64,000 nucleotides of DNA from an uncultured Thermoleophilia bacterium (lineage in GTDB: Bacteria; Actinomycetota; Thermoleophilia; Solirubrobacterales; 70-9): NCBI GenBank assembly GCA_963803425.1, contig CAWDMA010000001.1, positions 501,355 through 565,354 of the forward strand, given 5' to 3'. This document shows, one piece after another, positions 50,528 through 58,957 of the stretch; position 1 is the first letter of the stretch; each line of letters begins with the position of its first letter. The position numbers were made by a program, and so were the translations under genes. Under the pieces are notes generated by a model that was not told the origin of the DNA, made no database searches, and saw nothing but the letters and a program-made list of their open reading frames with translations.

Positions 50528-50557
50528 GGGGGCGGCCTTCGGGCCGCCCCCTTCTCT
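50528..50557 (+). terminator. rho-independent terminator-like hairpin after copy 2
   Basis: GGGGGCGGCC-TTCG-GGCCGCCCCC followed by TTCTCT. Confidence 0.6.
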
Positions 50558-50571
50558 GCGATCTTCGAACG

Positions 50572-51681
50572 ATGCGATTCGGTCCGGCAGCAGCCGCCGC
50601 GGCGGCGACCGCGCTGGTCACCCTCCCGGCTGCGGCGGTGGCCGCCCCGAGCCTCGGCTACAACGAGGACCTGCACGCGCTGCAGCTCCAGGGCAGGCTG
50701 GGGTCCGTCCTGGACGACATCGAGGCGGAGGGTGCGGAGACCGTGCGCCTCAACGTGTACGCGTGCCGCGCCACGGCCCCCGGCGGATGGGAGCCGTACG
50801 ACGCCGTCGTCTCCGCAATCCGCGACCGCGGCCTGCACGCGGTCGTGATGGTCGGCGGCGTCCCCGGCGGCTCGTGTGACCGGGCGTGGGAGCCGCCGCG
50901 GACCGGGCGCGAGTGGAACGCGTGGTACGGATTCGTCGCGGAGACGGTGCGGCGCACATGGGCTGTCGCCGACGCGTACGAGATCTGGAACGAGCCCAAC
51001 CTGCCCGCGTTCTGGCCGGCCGAGGTGGACCCGGCCGCCTACGCAACGGTGGTGGCGTACGCCGAGTACGCGGTCACCGACGCGCAGGCCCGTGTGTGCG
51101 CGGAGCATGGCGAGTGCGACCTCGACCCCCGGACCACGGTGGCGGGCCTCGGCCGTCCGGCGCTGAGTTGCCGGAAGCGCGGGCAGCAGGCCCCGGTGTG
51201 CGCGACCGGCTACATGCGGGAGACGCTCCGCTACCTCAGCCCGTTCTCGGTGGACGCGGTCGGCATCCACCTGTACCCGGAGCGCAGCTACGGGGCGGAC
51301 AACGAGGCGGCCGAGGACGAGGCGGTCGCGCAGTACGACGATCTCGACGCGGTCGTCGACGCCGCCGGGTTCGGCGACGCCGCCCGGCTCGTCACCGAGC
51401 TCGGGTTCAGGACGCGAACCGACCCCGACCGGTGCGGCGGCCTCACCGAGGCGGGCCAGGCGGCGCGGCTGACGGGTACGTGGCGGCGGCTCTCCGGGAA
51501 GGCACGGCTCGAGACCGTCCAGGTCCACCGCTTCGCCGACAGCCGCCACGAGGTATGCGCGGCCGGCCCCTACCAGGCATACGGCGTGATGGGCCCGGAG
51601 TTCGGCCCCGACGGGTTCGAGCCGAAGCAGTCCTACTGCGCGCTGGCGGCCGAGCTCGATCGGGATCCGCCGAAGTGCTGA
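50572..51681 (+). CDS. secreted clan GH-A glycoside hydrolase (GH5-like)
   Basis: ORF 50521.. trimmed to ATG 50572 (MRFGPAAAAAAATALVTLPAAAVA signal), because 50521-50557 is the terminator hairpin. YEIWNEPN acid/base motif; later TELGF is nucleophile-like. Confidence 0.5.
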   Translation: MRFGPAAAAAAATALVTLPAAAVAAPSLGYNEDLHALQLQGRLGSVLDDIEAEGAETVRLNVYACRATAPGGWEPYDAVVSAIRDRGLHAVVMVGGVPGGSCDRAWEPPRTGREWNAWYGFVAETVRRTWAVADAYEIWNEPNLPAFWPAEVDPAAYATVVAYAEYAVTDAQARVCAEHGECDLDPRTTVAGLGRPALSCRKRGQQAPVCATGYMRETLRYLSPFSVDAVGIHLYPERSYGADNEAAEDEAVAQYDDLDAVVDAAGFGDAARLVTELGFRTRTDPDRCGGLTEAGQAARLTGTWRRLSGKARLETVQVHRFADSRHEVCAAGPYQAYGVMGPEFGPDGFEPKQSYCALAAELDRDPPKC

Positions 51682-51691
51682 GCGACCGCGC

Positions 51692-53002
51692 CTAGCGCGG
51701 GAAGATCTTGCCCATCCGGAGCAGCTGCCGGATCGAGCCGCGCGGTCGGATCCGGCCCCGTAGGATCGCCTTCCGGGGGTCGCCGCGATGCGTGGAGACC
51801 GCGATCCAGTCGCGCCAGGTGGTCTCGAACGTGAGATCGGGGTCCGCTGCCTCGCCCGGCTCGGCTCGGCTGGAGCCGTTGTCGATCCGCAGGTGCCACG
51901 GCTCCGCATCGGCGAACCGCCATTGGATCGTCATCGGGTCGCCGTCGACCGCGCTGTGGTCCACGGAGCGCTCCACCGTGTCGAAGTACAGCCGCTGGAT
52001 CTCGGGCGAGCACTGGGGGCTGTCGTTCGGCTCTCCGACGACGCCGGCCTGCATCAGCTTCACGATCCCCTCCACGCGCTGCTCGGGCGACAGCGCGAAG
52101 TCGACGGGGAACACGCCCGGTGGCATCTCCTCGATCGGGTAGCCCGCGGCGCGCCACTTGGTCTCCACCGAGCGGAACCCCCACGCGTAGATCTCCTCCA
52201 GCGTGAACCCGTACTCCTCCGTGTAGCGCCGGTCCCAGTTGGGCGGGATGTACACCGCGAGCGTGTAGGGCGCAACCTCGCGAAGCAGCTCGCCCACGGC
52301 CTGCTTGCACTCCTCGGACTCGGCGAAACACTCCGACAGCACCTTGACCCCGAACCCGATGTGTCGCTGCTCGTCGCGGGACACGTTCTTCATCCCCTCG
52401 GCGAACCCGGGCATCGTCCCCGACTTGACGAAGAAGTCCTCGATGAAGTGCTGCCCCGGCTGAGCCAGCTCGGCCTCCACCACCATGTGGTAGAGCGCGA
52501 TCGCCTGCGCGAACTTGGGCAGCGAGCGATCGCGTCGGAGCTCGTCCGCCATCCGATCGAGCCGGTCGAACACCTTCCGGAAGCCCCAGGTGAGCTGCGG
52601 CTCGGTGTAGGCGAGGCCGGACGCGACGGTGCCCCCGGCGCCGATCACCTCGGAGAAGAAGCGGGAGAAGAAGACCGAGTGGCGGGCCTCGTCCACCTGC
52701 TGGGTGGCGAGGAAGTACTTCTGCTCCGCCTGCGGCGCCGCGTCGATGTACGGGGAGAGGTTGTCGGCAACCGAGTCCTCGCCGTAGAAGAACATCGAGT
52801 ACGTCCACAGCGCGCTGGCGCGCTGGATCTCGGACAGCTCCCGCCACCCCGTGCGGTCCTGGGCGAAGTCGATCCCGGTGGCGCTCCAGTTCCCCTCCTC
52901 CCAGCGGCGGTACAGGTCCGAGTAGCTGATCGAGGCGATCGCGCTCGAATCACCCGCGCCGTTCGCGCCTGCCTGCCTGCGCGACGCCTGCTCGGTCGCC
53001 AT
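51692..53002 (-). CDS. ferritin-like diiron protein (RNR R2 / R2lox-like) fused to a C-terminal SCP2 sterol-carrier-like domain
   Basis: Metal ligand pattern E...DEARH...E...DEQRH. The C-terminal ~100 aa (DGDPMTIQWRFADAEPWHLRIDNG...TFETTWRDWIAVSTHRGDPRKAILRGRIRPRG) are SCP2-like. Confidence 0.65.
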   Translation of the reverse strand: MATEQASRRQAGANGAGDSSAIASISYSDLYRRWEEGNWSATGIDFAQDRTGWRELSEIQRASALWTYSMFFYGEDSVADNLSPYIDAAPQAEQKYFLATQQVDEARHSVFFSRFFSEVIGAGGTVASGLAYTEPQLTWGFRKVFDRLDRMADELRRDRSLPKFAQAIALYHMVVEAELAQPGQHFIEDFFVKSGTMPGFAEGMKNVSRDEQRHIGFGVKVLSECFAESEECKQAVGELLREVAPYTLAVYIPPNWDRRYTEEYGFTLEEIYAWGFRSVETKWRAAGYPIEEMPPGVFPVDFALSPEQRVEGIVKLMQAGVVGEPNDSPQCSPEIQRLYFDTVERSVDHSAVDGDPMTIQWRFADAEPWHLRIDNGSSRAEPGEAADPDLTFETTWRDWIAVSTHRGDPRKAILRGRIRPRGSIRQLLRMGKIFPR

Positions 53003-53054
53003 GCATGCAGCTTAGATCAAGGCTGGCTGTCCGGCCAGTCCAATCTGACCGAGC

Positions 53055-54470
53055 TCACCGCGCCAGCTTCGGGCTGGTCCAGGGCCGCTCCAGGCGGGCG
53101 GCCAGATCGTCGGCCAGGCCCTCGATCGGGACGCGGACCTGTTCCAGCGAGTCGCGGTCGCGGAGCGTCACCGTGCCCGTGTCCTCGGTCTCGCCGTCCA
53201 CGGTGATCCCCCACGGCGTGCCGATCTCGTCCTGGCGGCGATAGCGCTTCCCGATCGAGCCGCCCTCGTCGTACTCGGCCGGGATCCGGCGGCGGAGGCT
53301 CTCGTGGATCTCCCGCGCCCGCTCCGGCATCCCCGCCTTGGAGACGAGCGGCAGCACGGCGACCTTCACCGGCGCCAGCTTCGGGTGCAGCCGCAGCACC
53401 GTCCGCTTCCGGCCCTCGACCTCCTCGACGTCGTAGGCGTCGACAATGAACGCGAGCAGGGAGCGGTCGACGCCGGCTGCGGGCTCGACGACGTGGGGGA
53501 CGTACGCCTCGCCGCGCTCCTGGTCGAAGTACTCGAGCTTCTCGCCCGACGCCTTCGCGTGCGCGGTCAGGTCGAAGTCGCCGCGGTTCGCGATCCCCTC
53601 CAGCTCCGACCACCCGATCGGGAACAGGTACTCGATGTCCGACGTCGCCGACGAGTAGTGGGACAGCTCGTCGGCTCCGTGCTCGCGGAGGCGGAGCTGG
53701 TCGGGACGGATACCGAGCTCCGTGTACCACCGCATCCGGTCGTCCATCCACCGCCGGTGCCACTCCTCCGCCTCGTCCGGCGGTGTGAAGAACTCCATCT
53801 CCATCTGCTCGAACTCGCGCGTCCGGAACACGAAGTTCCCCGGGGTGATCTCGTTCCGGAACGACTTCCCGATCTGGGCGATCCCGAACGGTGGCTTCTT
53901 GCGCGCGAACTGGAGCACGTTCTTGAAGTTGATGAAGATCCCCTGGGCGGTCTCGGGGCGGAGGTAGGCGACCGAGGCGTCGTCGGCGACCGGCCCGATG
54001 TGGGTCTCGAACATCAGGTTGAATCGCCGCGGCTCGCTGAGCTCGCCCCCACAATTCGGACATCTCAAGACACTGCCTGCGGCGTCCTCCGCTTCGCGTC
54101 CGGGCGCGGCAGGGTCCCGGGCGGACTCCTCACGCAGGTGGTCCTCCCGCCACCGCCGCTTGCACTCGCCGAGGCACTGGACGAGCGGGTCGGTGAACCC
54201 CTCGAGATGGCCGGACGCCTCCCACACCCGGGGGTGCTGGATGATCGCCGAGTCGATCGCGACGATGTCGTCCCGGTCCTGCAGCATCGCCCGCCACCAC
54301 TCCGCCTTCACGTTGTTCTTGAGCAGGACCCCGTAGTGGCCGTAGTCGTAGGTGTTCGCGAACCCGCCGTAGATCTCCGAGGCGCCGAAGATGAAGCCGC
54401 GCCGCTTGCACAGCGCGACTATCTCGTCGAGCGACGCCTCGCCCTGGGCGTCTGTACGGGCTGCCTCCAT
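53055..54470 (-). CDS. glyQS: glycine--tRNA ligase (dimeric GlyQS type) carrying hairpin copy F in frame
   Basis: RGFIFGASEIYGGFANTYDYGHYG..., FNLMFETHIGPV, YLRPETAQGIFINF, GIAQIGKSFRNEITP, class II motifs, C-terminal anticodon-binding domain. Confidence 0.95.
   Translation of the reverse strand: MEAARTDAQGEASLDEIVALCKRRGFIFGASEIYGGFANTYDYGHYGVLLKNNVKAEWWRAMLQDRDDIVAIDSAIIQHPRVWEASGHLEGFTDPLVQCLGECKRRWREDHLREESARDPAAPGREAEDAAGSVLRCPNCGGELSEPRRFNLMFETHIGPVADDASVAYLRPETAQGIFINFKNVLQFARKKPPFGIAQIGKSFRNEITPGNFVFRTREFEQMEMEFFTPPDEAEEWHRRWMDDRMRWYTELGIRPDQLRLREHGADELSHYSSATSDIEYLFPIGWSELEGIANRGDFDLTAHAKASGEKLEYFDQERGEAYVPHVVEPAAGVDRSLLAFIVDAYDVEEVEGRKRTVLRLHPKLAPVKVAVLPLVSKAGMPERAREIHESLRRRIPAEYDEGGSIGKRYRRQDEIGTPWGITVDGETEDTGTVTLRDRDSLEQVRVPIEGLADDLAARLERPWTSPKLAR
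54076..54113 (-). repeat. hairpin element copy F, inside glyQS
   Basis: Minus strand reads CCTGCCGCG-CCCGGACGCGAAGCGGAGGA-CGCCGCAGG with arms pairing at 8 of 9 positions. Translated as PAAPGREAEDAAG. Confidence 0.85.
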
Positions 54471-54493
54471 GACGGCTGCGATAATCGCATCAG

Positions 54494-54814
54494 ATGCCGA
54501 TCTACGAGTACAGGTGCGCGAACGGGCACGAGTTCGAGGAGTTCCAGAACATGTCCGACGACCCGGTCACGGAGTGCCCGCAGTGCGGGGCGGAGGTCGA
54601 GCGCGTCTTCAACCCGATCGCCGTGCACTTCAAGGGCTCGGGCTTCTACACGACCGACTACGCGCGCTCCGGGAGCACGGACGGCAAGTCCTCGAGCTCG
54701 TCCGACGGGAAGGGCGACGGGAAGAAGGACTCGAGCTCCGGCGAGTCCAAGGCTGACTCCTCCGGCAAGGACGCCGGCGGAGACAAGGCGAAGGCCTCCT
54801 CCAGCGGCGACTAG
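54494..54814 (+). CDS. FmdB family zinc-ribbon protein with Ser/Lys/Asp-rich tail
   Basis: MPIYEYRCANGHEFE...CPQCGAEVERV (CxxC...CxxC). Confidence 0.85.
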   Translation: MPIYEYRCANGHEFEEFQNMSDDPVTECPQCGAEVERVFNPIAVHFKGSGFYTTDYARSGSTDGKSSSSSDGKGDGKKDSSSGESKADSSGKDAGGDKAKASSSGD

Positions 54815-55872
54815 CTGTAGTTCCTCACCACGTTGTTCATCCGGGCCTCCTTGGAGGCTGGGGGTGTCAATCCCACCCAGCACCAAGGAGGACACCGAAT
54901 GAAGCTCCACGCTAACGCCCGGACCTGTCCGAACTCCCGCAAGCTCCTCGTCACGCGGATCGAGAAGCGAGGCTGGTCGCTGGTGGCGGCGGCCGAGGCC
55001 GTCGGCATCAGCGAGCGATCGGCACGAAAGTGGCTGGCTCGCTGGCGCTCCGAGGGCGAAGCCGGCCTGCTCGACCGCAGCTCAGCTCCGCAGCGGTCTC
55101 CAGCCCGCTTGGACGCCGGCCGCGTCGCGGTGATCGAAAAGCTGCGTCGGGTCCGGATGACCGCCGCGGAGATCGCCGAGGTGCTCGGGATGGCGCTCTC
55201 GACCGTCTCCAGGTGGCTGCGGCGAATCGGCCTCGGACGCCTCAGCCGCCTCGATCCACCGGAGCCGCCCAACCGCTACGAGCGTGCCCGTCCCGGCGAG
55301 CTCGTCCACGTCGACGTCAAAAAGCTGGGGCGAATTGGCTCGAGGGGCGCCGGTCATCGAGTCCTCGGGACCGGCAAGCGCGCCAGCCAGCTGAAGGTAG
55401 GTCCAAAACGCCGCGGAGGGACGGGCTGGGAGTTCGTCCACGTCTGCGTCGACGACGCCACCCGGCTGGCCTACGCCGAGATCCTGCCCGACGAGAAGGG
55501 AAGGACCGCCGCTGGCCTTCTTCGTCGCGCGACCGCCTGGCTTCCCTCGATGGGGATCACGGTCGATCGTGTGCTCTCCGACAACGGCGCCGGCTATCGC
55601 TCCAAGGCCCACGCCGAGGCCTGCGCCGAGCTCGGGATGCGCCACCTCTTCACCCGCCCCTACCGGCCGCGGACCAATGGGAAGGCCGAGCGGTTCATCC
55701 AGACGCTCACCAACCGCCGGGCCTACGGAGCGATCTATGGTTCCTCAACCGAGCGGGCTGCAGCTCTGCCCGGCTGGCTTTCGCACTACAACTTCAAACG
55801 CAGACATGGAGCCCTCGGCCACCGACCGCAGCTCGGCTCACCGAGCTGGAACAACGTCATGAGTAGCCACAG
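54815..55872 (+). mobile_element. IS481-family insertion sequence (about 1.06 kb) flanked by duplicated CTAG
   Basis: Imperfect inverted repeats: CTGTAGTTCCTCACCACGTTGTTC (left) versus the reverse complement of the right end, CTGTGGCTACTCATGACGTTGTTC (18/24 matches). CTAG occurs at 54811-54814 and 55873-55876. Confidence 0.85.
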
Positions 55873-55876
55873 CTAG
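54899..55876 (+). CDS. IS481 family DDE transposase
   Basis: N-terminal HTH (ISERSARKWLARWRSEG), D in HVDVKKL, D in VLSDNGAGY, E in NGKAERF. The stop TAG lies in the flanking CTAG. Confidence 0.9.
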   Translation: MKLHANARTCPNSRKLLVTRIEKRGWSLVAAAEAVGISERSARKWLARWRSEGEAGLLDRSSAPQRSPARLDAGRVAVIEKLRRVRMTAAEIAEVLGMALSTVSRWLRRIGLGRLSRLDPPEPPNRYERARPGELVHVDVKKLGRIGSRGAGHRVLGTGKRASQLKVGPKRRGGTGWEFVHVCVDDATRLAYAEILPDEKGRTAAGLLRRATAWLPSMGITVDRVLSDNGAGYRSKAHAEACAELGMRHLFTRPYRPRTNGKAERFIQTLTNRRAYGAIYGSSTERAAALPGWLSHYNFKRRHGALGHRPQLGSPSWNNVMSSHS

Positions 55877-57042
55877 CCGTCGAGCAGCTTCTTCAGCGCC
55901 CGCTGGCGCTCCGCGTCGGTGATGATCAGGCTGCCGTCCTGGTTGGTCCCCTCGGGCTTCAGCACCTGCGTTCCGCTGTCGCCCCCGATCGCCGCGGCGA
56001 GCACGAGTTGCGGCATCGTCAGCGCGCCCATGTCGCTGACGATCGCCTTCGGCGCCGCCCACCCGATCCACGGGCCCTTGATGAAGTTGTAGGGGAGCCG
56101 GAACGGGCTGGTCAGCCTGCCCTTGATCCCGGACAGGATCAGCTGCTGGCGCTTGGCCCGGTCGAGGTCGCTCTCCGCCGGGTTGCACAGGTTCTCGCGG
56201 GTGCGGGCGAGTACCAGCGCATCCGCGCCGCTGAGCGTGTGCTCGCCGGCGTCGAGCTTCAGGCTGAATCCGCCGTTCGCCTCACCGCCCGAGATCTCGG
56301 AGCACACCTTGCCGGGGAGGTCGACCTTGACGCCGCCGATCGCATCGATGAAGTCCTGAAAGCCCTGGAAGTCGACGATCACGACGTGGTCGATGTTGGT
56401 GTCCATGAAGCCCTCGACGGTCTGGATCTGGAGCGCGGCGCCGCCGAACGCGTAGGCGGCGTTGATCTTCTGCGGGCTCTGGCCCGGGATCTCGGCGAAG
56501 CTGTCGCGGGGGATCGAGAGCTTGTTGAACTTCCCGCCCCCGGCGCGGACGAGCATCAGGGTGTCGGCGCGGAACCCGGGGCAGCCCGCCGGCGGCGCGT
56601 CGCCGTTCGCGCCCGCATCGATGCACTTCTCGGTGGTGTTGGAGCCGTCCAGCGTCCCAGGCGCGCGCGCGTCGGTGCCGATCACGAGGATCGTCTGCGG
56701 GTCCACGGCGATCAGCGGGATCGTCGCCCCGAGCTGCTCCTTGGCGCTGTCGGCGAGCTTCGACTTCTGGATCTGCGACGAGATCATGAACGCGAGCAGG
56801 CTGATCGCGAGCCAGGCGCCGATTCCGTACAGCACCCAGCGCCACCACGGCCGCCGACCGGCGCGGGAGACCGTCCGCCGCGGGCCGCGATCGCCGCCGC
56901 CCGGTTTGCGGGCACGGTTGCGCAGCGCCCCGACGTCGGGCGCTCGGATCCGGTCGAGCAGCCGGGGACGCGACTTGTAGACCTTGTAGTCGGGCCGCTC
57001 GCCGTGCCCCTGCCCGCGGCCCTGCTCGCTGTCGTCGGGCAT
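55873..57042 (-). CDS. LytR-CpsA-Psr (LCP) family protein
   Basis: Cytoplasmic basic N-terminus, one TM helix, then ILVIGTDAR...DTLMLVR...LSIPRDS...KINAAYAFGG LCP domain. Confidence 0.85.
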   Translation of the reverse strand: MPDDSEQGRGQGHGERPDYKVYKSRPRLLDRIRAPDVGALRNRARKPGGGDRGPRRTVSRAGRRPWWRWVLYGIGAWLAISLLAFMISSQIQKSKLADSAKEQLGATIPLIAVDPQTILVIGTDARAPGTLDGSNTTEKCIDAGANGDAPPAGCPGFRADTLMLVRAGGGKFNKLSIPRDSFAEIPGQSPQKINAAYAFGGAALQIQTVEGFMDTNIDHVVIVDFQGFQDFIDAIGGVKVDLPGKVCSEISGGEANGGFSLKLDAGEHTLSGADALVLARTRENLCNPAESDLDRAKRQQLILSGIKGRLTSPFRLPYNFIKGPWIGWAAPKAIVSDMGALTMPQLVLAAAIGGDSGTQVLKPEGTNQDGSLIITDAERQRALKKLLDG

Positions 57043-57069
57043 CGGGTATCAATACTGCCGCATGACCCG

Positions 57070-58053
57070 GTGCGAGACGCACGCCCATTGAGCGCCGCCG
57101 AGGCGATCGGCGTCGATCTCGGGGGCACGAAGATGCTCGTCGGGGTGATCGACTCGGAGCAGCGGGTCCTGCGCGAGAGCCGGGAGACGTCGCTCGGACT
57201 CGACACCGGCGGGCTGTTGGACACGCTGGAGCGGGAGCTGACCGAGGCGCGGAAGGCGCACCCGGAGGCGGTCGCGGCGGGGCTCGGGATCCCGTGCACG
57301 ATCGACCGCGTCCGCGGCATCGCGGTGACGGCGGTCAACCTGCCGCTGGTCGACGTCCCGATCCGCGACGAGATGCTGCGTCGGCTGGGGCTGCCGGTGT
57401 TCATCGACAACGACGTCAACGTCGCGGCGCTCGCCGAGCACCGGTTCGGGGCTGCGCGGGGGACGACCAACGCGGTGATGGTCGCGGTCGGGACGGGGAT
57501 CGGCGGCGGGCTGATCCTGGGCGGCGAGGTGTACCGGGGGACGCGGGGCGCGGGGGCTGAGCTCGGTCACACCGTGGTCGACCTGAACGGCCCGCCCTGC
57601 CAGGGGAACTGCCCCAACCGCGGCTGCATCGAGGCGATCGCATCGGGGACGGCGCTGACGCGCGAGGCCCGGGAGGCGGCGGAGCGGGCCCCGGACTCGG
57701 CGCTCGGTCGCGAGCTCGCGGCGGGGCGCGAGGTGGACGGCGTCGCGGTGACCGAGGCGGCGGTCGGCGGCGATCCGACCGCGCTCGAGGTGGTGGAGCT
57801 GATCGGCCGCCGGCTCGGGGTCGCCTTCTCGAGCTTCGCGAACACGTTCGAGCCGGAGGTGATCGTCGTCGGGGGCGGGGTGACCGCCGGGCTTGGAGAG
57901 CTGCTGCTGGAGCCGGCGCGGGAGGAGCTTCGCGCCAGGGCGCTGCCGCCGATGCGCTCGGTGCCGGTGGCCGCCGCCGAGCTCGGCCCGGCCGCGGGGA
58001 TGATCGGCGCCGCGGAGATGGCGCGGATCGAGCTCGAGGCGGGCGTGAACTGA
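57070..58053 (+). CDS. ROK family glucokinase
   Basis: IGVDLGGTKMLVG, DNDVNVAALAE, GTGIGGGLI, GHTVVDLNGPPCQGNCPNRGCIEAIASG zinc motif. Start is GTG 57070 or TTG 57088. Confidence 0.8.
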   Translation: MRDARPLSAAEAIGVDLGGTKMLVGVIDSEQRVLRESRETSLGLDTGGLLDTLERELTEARKAHPEAVAAGLGIPCTIDRVRGIAVTAVNLPLVDVPIRDEMLRRLGLPVFIDNDVNVAALAEHRFGAARGTTNAVMVAVGTGIGGGLILGGEVYRGTRGAGAELGHTVVDLNGPPCQGNCPNRGCIEAIASGTALTREAREAAERAPDSALGRELAAGREVDGVAVTEAAVGGDPTALEVVELIGRRLGVAFSSFANTFEPEVIVVGGGVTAGLGELLLEPAREELRARALPPMRSVPVAAAELGPAAGMIGAAEMARIELEAGVN

Positions 58054-58094
58054 GTTGATGGCGTGATCGGTGAGATCGAACCCGGACGGGGCCG

Positions 58095-58922
58095 ATGCCC
58101 GGCAGGCTGACCGTCTGCCCGACGCCGATCGGGAACCTCGGCGACCTCAGCCCGCGGGCGCACGAGGCGCTCACAGCCGCGGAGCTGGTCGCGTGCGAGG
58201 ACACACGGCGGGCGGGCCGGCTGTACGAGCGGCTCGAGATCGCGCCGCCGCGGCTGGTCTCCTACCACGACCAGAACGAGCAGCGCCGGGCGGCGCAGAT
58301 CGTGCAGCAGATCGAGCGCGGCTCCAGGGTGACCCTGATCAGCGACGCGGGCACGCCGGGGATCTCGGACCCCGGCTACCGGCTGATCCGGGCCTGCATC
58401 GACCGCGACCTCGAGATCGAGGTGCTGCCGGGGCCGTCCGCGATCGTCACGGCGCTGGTCGCCTCCGGGCTGCCCACTGACAGGTGGCGGTTCGAGGGGT
58501 TCCTGCCGCGCCGCTCCGGTGAGCTGGAGCGGGTGCTGCGCTCGGCCGAGACGGTGGTGGCATTCGAGTCGCCGCGGCGGCTGGCCGCCTCGCTGACGGC
58601 GCTCGGCGCCCTCGCTCCAGACCGCCCGGCCGCGGTCTGTCGGGAGCTCACCAAGCTGCACGAGGAGGTGGCGCGGGGGGCGCTGTCGGAGCTTGCGCGC
58701 AGGTTCCGGGAAAACGTCCGCGGGGAGATCGTGGTCGTGATCGGGGCCGCGTCGACTCCGGGCAACCGCGATCCCGACATGACGATGGCGGTCGACGCGC
58801 TCCGCCGGCTGGTCCAGTCGGGCGCCCGGCCGCGGGCCGCGGCGAGCGTGGTCGCGACGCTCACCGGTACCCGCGCCAACGACCTGTACCGGGCGCTGAC
58901 CGGCCGCGAGCCGCGGGAATGA
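58095..58922 (+). CDS. rsmI: 16S rRNA (cytidine1402-2'-O)-methyltransferase
   Basis: LTVCPTPIGNLGDLSPRAHEAL...VACEDTRRAGRL...LISDAGTPGISDPGYRLI...LPGPSAIVTAL. Confidence 0.9.
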   Translation: MPGRLTVCPTPIGNLGDLSPRAHEALTAAELVACEDTRRAGRLYERLEIAPPRLVSYHDQNEQRRAAQIVQQIERGSRVTLISDAGTPGISDPGYRLIRACIDRDLEIEVLPGPSAIVTALVASGLPTDRWRFEGFLPRRSGELERVLRSAETVVAFESPRRLAASLTALGALAPDRPAAVCRELTKLHEEVARGALSELARRFRENVRGEIVVVIGAASTPGNRDPDMTMAVDALRRLVQSGARPRAAASVVATLTGTRANDLYRALTGREPRE

Positions 58923-58957
58923 CCCGCGTCGCGGGCGCGGACGGTAGCCTCGCGGCG

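Larger units (their letters stand above)
48408..50551 (+). repeat. tandem direct duplication (two units of roughly 1.0-1.1 kb), each unit = SD + gene + terminator hairpin
   Basis: 48426-49402 and 49531-50551 are near-identical by eye. Similarity starts around the SD/ATG and ends after the GGCGGCCTTCGGGCCGCC hairpin. Confidence 0.9.
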
